Source of the DNA: Verrucomicrobiota bacterium
GTDB lineage: Bacteria > Verrucomicrobiota > Verrucomicrobiia > Limisphaerales > CANJXF01
Direction: 5' to 3'
DNA length: 21,317 bases
Assembly (NCBI GenBank): GCA_038214755.1
Contig: JBBQRQ010000086.1
Coordinates: 1 to 21,317 of the forward strand
The position numbers and the translations under genes were made by a program. This document shows, in pieces, positions 7,887-13,710 of the stretch. Position 1 is the first letter of the stretch; the number at the start of each line of letters is the position of its first letter. Under the pieces are notes generated by a model. The model had not been told where the DNA came from, did no database searches, and saw only the letters and a program-made list of their open reading frames with translations.

Positions 7887-7913
7887 TTCGGACAAAATTT
7901 GCAAAGTGAAATT

Positions 7914-10139
7914 ATGAAAACGAAATCGCTTACTCTTGTTGCCGCAATTCTTTTCGCCAGGTTGACTCTCACTCTTGCCGCCACGAATGACCTGAGCAAC
8001 GCATTGCAAAAAGGTTTATTCGAGGAGGAAGCGAACCATAATTTGGAGGCGGCGATTGCGGCCTATCAATCCGTCGCGACGCAATTCGACAAAGACCGCA
8101 AGCTCGCCGCCACCGCGATTTTCCGTCTCGGCGAAGTTTATCGCAAACAGGGAAAAACCAACGAAGCAAACGGCCAATACGAGCGCATTTTGAAGGAGTT
8201 CCCGGATCAAACGCTGCTGGCGGATTTGAGCCGAAATTATCTTGGAAAGAGCCAGAGCGCCAATCTTGTCCAAGGCTTTGATACGAATGGCGTGAACGTG
8301 ACTTCCGTTGAAGCCGAAGAGATCAAGCGCATCAAAGCGATGATCAAAGACAGCCCGGATTTGATCGATGCGAACAATGCGATTAACAGCGGCGGTTTGG
8401 CGCCCTTGCATGAAGCAGCCGCCAAGGGACAATTGCTTGTCGCAAGATTTCTTTTGGACAACGGAGCCAACGCGAACCGGATTTCCGCAGGAAAAGGGAC
8501 GCCACTTTGTATGGCCAGTTTAAATGGGCACCGAGCGATGGTTGAGTTGTTAATTTCAAAAGGAGCCGATGTGAACGCGAAGGACTCCCGGCAAACCGCT
8601 TTGCACATTGCGTCCGCAAATGGTTTTAAAGCCGTCGCCCAGGTTCTTTTAGAAAATAAAGCCGACGTGAATGCAAAGGATAATGGAGGCAATACGCCGT
8701 TGCATTTGGCGGCGGAACGGGACCACAAAGCGATCGCCGAATTCCTTCTTTCTCGCGGAGCGAACATCGACGCAAAGAATGACCAGGGATTAACTCCGTT
8801 GATTTCAGCGGGGAAAAGTAGAAATTTGGAAATGGCAAAATTCCTGATCGCGAACAAGGCGGATGTAAATTTGAGAGCCAACGAAGGCGCGGCTGGTGCT
8901 TGGGCTCCGCTGCACTTCGCAATTGCAGACGCGAACACGCAAATGGTGGAGCTGTTGCTGCGAAACGGAGCGAATCTCGAAATCAAAGTGACCGATAACC
9001 TGCCCGATTCCCAATTGGGACCAGGTTCCACCGCTTTACAGATGTCCGTTTATCGAGGTCAGACAGAGATTACGAAACTACTTTTAGAATCCAAAGCGAA
9101 TGCAAATTCAACGAACGAAAGCGGAGTGACTCCTTTGCACTGGATGGCAAATAAGGGAAACACACAAATTGCAGAACTGCTTCTTGCTTACAAAGCCGAT
9201 GTGAATGCTAAAACAACGGATGGCGAAACGCCCTTGCTTTGGGCGGTAAAAGGTTTGAAAAAGCCGATGGTGGAACTGCTTTTGGCTCACAAATCAGATC
9301 CGAATCTTGCGAACAATAAAAATGAAACACCACTCGGTTATGCTAATTCTCATACAACGGCAGCCCCAGACCAGACGGAAAAATGGCAGGAGTTGAGGGA
9401 GTCGTTAATCAAATTTGGCGCGGACGAAAATGTGGAAAGGCGCAAGCAAATCGCCGTCATGCGTGATGGCTCGCAACGCTTTCCGATTTTTCACAATGGA
9501 ACGAATTTGTGGAACCGATTTTCTTTGTTGGAAACGTTCGGCCTTGCCTACCGGGGAGGAGGGATAAACGTGCAGCTAGGTAGCCAGCCATACCTGCCAT
9601 TTCCCAATCTGACAAAAGTCAAAATTCATCGTCTCGAAGAAAAGGGTGAACGCGATATTCCTGTCGATCTCGAAGCGATTTTGAAATCCGGCGATTGCAC
9701 GAAAGATATTTGGCTGGAGTGGGGCGACGTCATCGAGTTCCCCGAAGCCGATCATAAGGTGAACGAAAAATGGAACGGTTTCCCGAAGGAGCTTCTGGAA
9801 ATGTTGCCCAAATGCTTGGCGCGAAATGTTTCCATTTCGGTAAAAGGCGAGACAAAGGCAATAACAATCGCACCCAAGTTGAGAACGCTGGTGTCATCTT
9901 CGCAAAACGGGCAACCGATAGAATGGTGGGGAGCGGACGGTTTCTTTTTCTGGCTGGACAACGTGGTTTCAAGCAGCGGGTTGCTGCGAACGTCCTCAGA
10001 CAGAACTCGCGTGAAAGTGAAGCGGGTGAATCCAGAGACAAAGCAATCTCAGGAAATGATTTTCAATCTGGAAAAGCCAGACCCGCAGAGCAACCTTTGG
10101 CTGCGTGAGGGCGACGCAATTGAAATTTCGGAAAAATAG
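7914..10139 (+). CDS. Secreted TPR-like / ankyrin-repeat protein with C-terminal SLBB-like domains
   Basis: Signal peptide MKTKSLTLVAAILFARLTLTLAA from ATG 7914. TPR-like helices (AIFRLGEVYRKQGK...YERILKEFP). About 10 ankyrin repeats (GNTPLHLAA, GVTPLHWMA etc.). Two C-terminal beta-grasp-like units ending LEWGDVIEF and LREGDAIEI. Confidence 0.88.
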   Translation: MKTKSLTLVAAILFARLTLTLAATNDLSNALQKGLFEEEANHNLEAAIAAYQSVATQFDKDRKLAATAIFRLGEVYRKQGKTNEANGQYERILKEFPDQTLLADLSRNYLGKSQSANLVQGFDTNGVNVTSVEAEEIKRIKAMIKDSPDLIDANNAINSGGLAPLHEAAAKGQLLVARFLLDNGANANRISAGKGTPLCMASLNGHRAMVELLISKGADVNAKDSRQTALHIASANGFKAVAQVLLENKADVNAKDNGGNTPLHLAAERDHKAIAEFLLSRGANIDAKNDQGLTPLISAGKSRNLEMAKFLIANKADVNLRANEGAAGAWAPLHFAIADANTQMVELLLRNGANLEIKVTDNLPDSQLGPGSTALQMSVYRGQTEITKLLLESKANANSTNESGVTPLHWMANKGNTQIAELLLAYKADVNAKTTDGETPLLWAVKGLKKPMVELLLAHKSDPNLANNKNETPLGYANSHTTAAPDQTEKWQELRESLIKFGADENVERRKQIAVMRDGSQRFPIFHNGTNLWNRFSLLETFGLAYRGGGINVQLGSQPYLPFPNLTKVKIHRLEEKGERDIPVDLEAILKSGDCTKDIWLEWGDVIEFPEADHKVNEKWNGFPKELLEMLPKCLARNVSISVKGETKAITIAPKLRTLVSSSQNGQPIEWWGADGFFFWLDNVVSSSGLLRTSSDRTRVKVKRVNPETKQSQEMIFNLEKPDPQSNLWLREGDAIEISEK

Positions 10140-10168
10140 TTGACAGTGAGGCCGCATGAGGCCACATT
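10140..10168 (+). promoter_or_regulatory. Sigma70-type promoter with tandem operator for the TA operon
   Basis: TTGACA (10140-10145), 17-nt spacer, CACATT (10163-10168). Overlapping tandem near-palindromes TGAGGCCGCA TGAGGCCACA (10147-10166). Confidence 0.7.
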
Positions 10169-10174
10169 GGGCGC

Positions 10175-10498
10175 GTGAAAAAGAAAACCCTCAAATACTC
10201 AATGGCAAGCGCGGCGAGCGAGCCGGATGTTTTGCATGACGCGGCAGTCCTTGAAAGCCCCCTTTCCATCAATGTTCGCGCCGCAAAGGACAGCCTTTCC
10301 AGTTTGCTCGAACGCGCGGCGCGAGGATTGGAAACCATTATCACGAGCGACGGCGAGCCGAAAGCCAGATTGGTTCCGGTTGCCAAAAAGCGAAAACCGT
10401 TTCGCGTTGATTGGGAGATGTTGCGCTCGATTCCAGTTCGGAAAGGAGCAAGAAGCGCCGAAGAGATCATTCGTGAAGAGCGGGATAGTGGTTACTAA
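10175..10498 (+). CDS. Type II antitoxin, Phd/YefM family
   Basis: Core INVRAAKDSLSSLLERAARGLETIITSDGEPKARLVPV, tail SAEEIIREERD; directly upstream of a PIN toxin. Start is GTG 10175 or ATG 10202. Confidence 0.88.
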   Translation: MKKKTLKYSMASAASEPDVLHDAAVLESPLSINVRAAKDSLSSLLERAARGLETIITSDGEPKARLVPVAKKRKPFRVDWEMLRSIPVRKGARSAEEIIREERDSGY

Positions 10499-10504
10499 AA
10501 GCGT

Positions 10505-10933
10505 ATGTATCTCGATAGTTCTGTCATGGTGAAGCTCTTTGCCCCTGAGCCGGACAGCGAATTCTTTATGGAACTCACGGACGGAGAAAATATTTCTTCG
10601 TCCATTTTGGCGTACACGGAAGTGTATTCCGCGCTGTTGGCGAAGGAACGGGCCCGGGCCCTGACACCGGCGCAGCGGCGTCGCGCCTGGGACTCATTCG
10701 AGAATAATCTGCAAAACGAAACGATTGAACTTGCGCCGTTTCATCAGGCGCTTTTTAAAAAGGCGAATCGAATCATGGAGCAATGCAGTCCAACGGTGGC
10801 TCTTCGTTCCCTTGATGCGTTACATCTGGCCACATGTGATCAGTTGCAGGATTGGCCCCTTTCCACGACAGACGTGCGGATGCGTCAAGCGGCCGAGTTG
10901 TTGCGTTTTCCTTTGGGACCAATTCCAAAATAA
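10505..10933 (+). CDS. vapC: Type II toxin, VapC/PIN-domain ribonuclease
   Basis: MYLDSSVMVK, YTEVYSAL, LRSLDALHLA and TTD carry the conserved acidic PIN residues; 142 aa. Confidence 0.9.
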   Translation: MYLDSSVMVKLFAPEPDSEFFMELTDGENISSSILAYTEVYSALLAKERARALTPAQRRRAWDSFENNLQNETIELAPFHQALFKKANRIMEQCSPTVALRSLDALHLATCDQLQDWPLSTTDVRMRQAAELLRFPLGPIPK

Positions 10934-10951
10934 CGCAACGAAATTTTGGAT

Positions 10952-11169
10952 GGGCGCATCTCAGTTTCTTGCAATGTTCCTTCCGGATCTCATTAGCACC
11001 CGGCTTCAGCCGGGTGTTGAGGTCGTGAGGCGAGTTCAACCGCTTCAGCGGTTTGCCCCATGCGGGAAACCGCTGAAGCGGTTAAGGGTCACAATCTGTT
11101 CCGGTTCACCCGGCTGAAGCCGGGTGCTAATGAGAGGTTACTCAATTTCCAATAAACTGAGATGCGCCC
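10952..11169. repeat. 218-bp triple-nested palindromic element (MITE/REPIN-like)
   Basis: Three perfect inverted-repeat pairs: 16 bp (10952-10967/11154-11169), 29 bp (10988-11016/11107-11135) and 17 bp (11038-11054/11067-11083). The inner arms are hairpins with TTCA/TGAA loops. Confidence 0.9.
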
Positions 11170-11238
11170 TTTCAGATCCTGACCGGGAAATTTTTCTTCT
11201 TTTTCGGTTAATCCTCTGTAGAACTTCCCGCACATTCT

Positions 11239-13599
11239 ATGCGTCAACCTCTCTGCCGTTTCCTGACACTGGCCGGTTTTTTTCTGGCCACGTTTTCTTC
11301 AACCAACTCACAAGCCGAGCCGATGGATCGCGCTGTTCTCAGTCGAATGGATGCGCAGATCAATGCGGCCATCGCGGAGAAAAAACTGCCGGGCGCGGTG
11401 ATTTGGGTCGAGCACGATGGCGATATTTATCACAAGGCTTTTGGAGATCGCGCCATCGAACCAAAGTTTGAAGAGATGACGCGTGACACGATTTTCGACG
11501 CGGCTTCGCTCACAAAAATTGTCGCGGGAACTCCGGCCGTCATGATTTTAGTCGAGCGCGGCCAGGTGAAACTTGATGAAAAAGCTTCGACTTACATTCC
11601 GGAATTCAAAGGCGACGGCAAAGAGGAAATCACCGTCAAACAATTGCTGACGCACGTCTCTGGTTTGCAGCCGGACATCAGCACCAAACCAAAATGGCAG
11701 GGGAACGACACTGCGATTCGCATGGCGTCCGAGTTGAAGTTGGAAAACAAACCCGGCGAGAAAGTCGTTTACAGCGACATCAATTTATTTCTCATCGGAG
11801 AAATTGTTCAGCGCGTCAGTGGAATGAAGTTGAACGAATTCGTGGCGAAAGAAATTTATCAGCCGTTGAAAATGGTGGACACCGGCTACCTGCCGCCGAA
11901 GGAAAAAATCGAACGAGTCGCGCCGACGGAAAGAACAGATGGCGAAATGTTGCGCGGGGTGGTGCATGACCCGACAGCGCGGTTTATGGGCGGCGTTGCG
12001 GGACACGCGGGAATTTTTACCACGGCAGCCGACTTGGCGCGCTACGCTCGGATGATTTTGAACAACGGCGAACTCGACGGCGTGCGAATCTTCCACCCCG
12101 AAACCATCCAGTTGATGACCAGCGTGCAAACTCCGCCGGGAAATCCGATGCGTCGCGGCCTCGGTTGGGACATTGATTCCGCTTACAGCCGTCCGCGCGG
12201 CGAAGTTTTTCCGCTCGGTTCGTTCGGTCACACTGGTTTCACCGGCAACGCATTTTGGATTGATCCATTCTCAAAAACTTTTTGGATTTTTCTCTCTAAT
12301 CGCGTCCATCCCGATGGCAAAGGAAACGTGGTCGAACTTTATAAATCGCTCGGAACTGTCGCAGCGGAGGCGGTAACGGATTTTGATTTCAATTTTGTTC
12401 GGGACGCGTTGCCGCCGAAAATCAGCGAGAAACCAGCGGCCAATAAAAATGAATTGAACAACGACGTTCCCGGCGTGCTCAACGGCATCGACGTTTTGCA
12501 GCGGCAAAAATTTGCGCCGCTCAAAGGAATGCGCGTCGGCCTCATCACTAATCACACGGGAAAAAATCGGATGCGTTATCCGACTATAGATTTGTTGATG
12601 AACGCGCCGGACGTCGAACTCAAAGCGCTGTTCGCGCCGGAACATGGACTTTACGGATTGTTGGATGAAGCCGTGACGGACAGTGTGGATGAGCGAACGG
12701 GACTTCCGGTGTACAGCCTCTACGGAAAAAATCGCGCGCCGACCGCCGAGCAAATGCGCGGGCTCGATGCGCTCGTGTTCGATATTCAAGACGTTGGTTG
12801 CCGATTTTACACTTACATTTCGACGATGGGATTGGCGATGGAAGCGGCGGGAAAACAGGGTCTGAAATATTTCGTGCTCGACCGCGTGAATCCGATCAAT
12901 GGCGTGGCGATGGATGGGCCGATGCTCACGGGCAAAACGAGTTTTGTCGGTTATCATCCGATGCCGCTGCGTTACGGAATGACCATTGGCGAACTGGCGC
13001 GAATGTTCAAAGCGGAACGAAATTTCAAAACGGATTTGACGGTCATTCCAATGGAGGGCTGGGCGCGCCAACAGTGGTTCGATGAAACCGCGCAGCCGTG
13101 GGGAAATCTTTCGCCGAACATGCGCAGCCTGACCGAAGCCACGCTCTACGCGGGGGTTGGCGTTTTGGAATATTGCGCGGTGTCGGTTGGGCGCGGAACG
13201 GGGACGCCCTTTGAAATTTTGGGCGCGCCTTACATTCACGATTTAAAACTTGCGTTTGAACTGAACAAGCTCGGGTTGAAAGGCGTGCGGTTTGTGCCGA
13301 TTCGTTTCACGCCCGAGGACAGCGTTTTCAAAAATCAATCGTGCGCTGGCGTGAATATTATTTTGACCGACCGCGAACATTGCGACGTGGTGGACATCGG
13401 CCTGGGCATCGCGAAAACTTTGCACCGCTGGTATCCGGAACAATTTGATCGTTCCAAAAAAATGGATCGCCTCCTTCTCAACAAAGAGGTTTTGAAAGCG
13501 ATTCGAGAAGACAAGTCTCTGGAAGAAATAAAAAAACTTTACGCGAAAGACTTGGAAAATTTCGCCAAACGTCGCGAACCATTTTTGCTCTACAAATAA
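11239..13599 (+). CDS. Secreted fusion of a beta-lactamase-family serine hydrolase (AmiE-like) and an exo-beta-N-acetylmuramidase NamZ (DUF1343) domain
   Basis: Signal peptide. Serine hydrolase motifs SxxK (ASLTK), LLTHVSG, YSD, GVVHDP, GHAG, GHTGFTG. DUF1343 motifs GLITNHTG, LFAPEHG, FDIQDVGCRFYTYISTM, VLDRVNP, GMTIGELA, SPNM, SVGRGT. Confidence 0.92.
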   Translation: MRQPLCRFLTLAGFFLATFSSTNSQAEPMDRAVLSRMDAQINAAIAEKKLPGAVIWVEHDGDIYHKAFGDRAIEPKFEEMTRDTIFDAASLTKIVAGTPAVMILVERGQVKLDEKASTYIPEFKGDGKEEITVKQLLTHVSGLQPDISTKPKWQGNDTAIRMASELKLENKPGEKVVYSDINLFLIGEIVQRVSGMKLNEFVAKEIYQPLKMVDTGYLPPKEKIERVAPTERTDGEMLRGVVHDPTARFMGGVAGHAGIFTTAADLARYARMILNNGELDGVRIFHPETIQLMTSVQTPPGNPMRRGLGWDIDSAYSRPRGEVFPLGSFGHTGFTGNAFWIDPFSKTFWIFLSNRVHPDGKGNVVELYKSLGTVAAEAVTDFDFNFVRDALPPKISEKPAANKNELNNDVPGVLNGIDVLQRQKFAPLKGMRVGLITNHTGKNRMRYPTIDLLMNAPDVELKALFAPEHGLYGLLDEAVTDSVDERTGLPVYSLYGKNRAPTAEQMRGLDALVFDIQDVGCRFYTYISTMGLAMEAAGKQGLKYFVLDRVNPINGVAMDGPMLTGKTSFVGYHPMPLRYGMTIGELARMFKAERNFKTDLTVIPMEGWARQQWFDETAQPWGNLSPNMRSLTEATLYAGVGVLEYCAVSVGRGTGTPFEILGAPYIHDLKLAFELNKLGLKGVRFVPIRFTPEDSVFKNQSCAGVNIILTDREHCDVVDIGLGIAKTLHRWYPEQFDRSKKMDRLLLNKEVLKAIREDKSLEEIKKLYAKDLENFAKRREPFLLYK

Positions 13600-13710
13600 T
13601 TCGTAATAATTCGTAGCCGGAGTTCATGAGGGCGCGAACTGAATTTTCCGCAAGTTTTTTACTCAGTCGCCACTCTGAGGAGTCGATGACAATCGTTCAC
13701 CGCTCCGCTA

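Noticed and set aside
7888..7903. Sigma54 promoter upstream of the ankyrin gene (GG...TTTGC)
   Set aside because: GG to GC spacing is 9 nt rather than the required 10, and the adjacent regulator is OmpR-type, not an enhancer-binding protein.
7830..7913. Cys-rich N-terminus MPLCLCGECP of the ankyrin ORF as a metal-binding motif
   Set aside because: It derives from the CTCTGTGC repeat arm and overlaps the regulatory box; the signal peptide starts at 7914.
10175..11169. TA pair as part of a prophage or integrative element
   Set aside because: No integrase, transposase, att-like direct repeats or phage genes were seen in the window.
11239..12400. Antibiotic-resistance beta-lactamase
   Set aside because: The YSD/HTG motifs, GVVHDP and the NamZ fusion fit an AmiE-like cell-wall hydrolase better.
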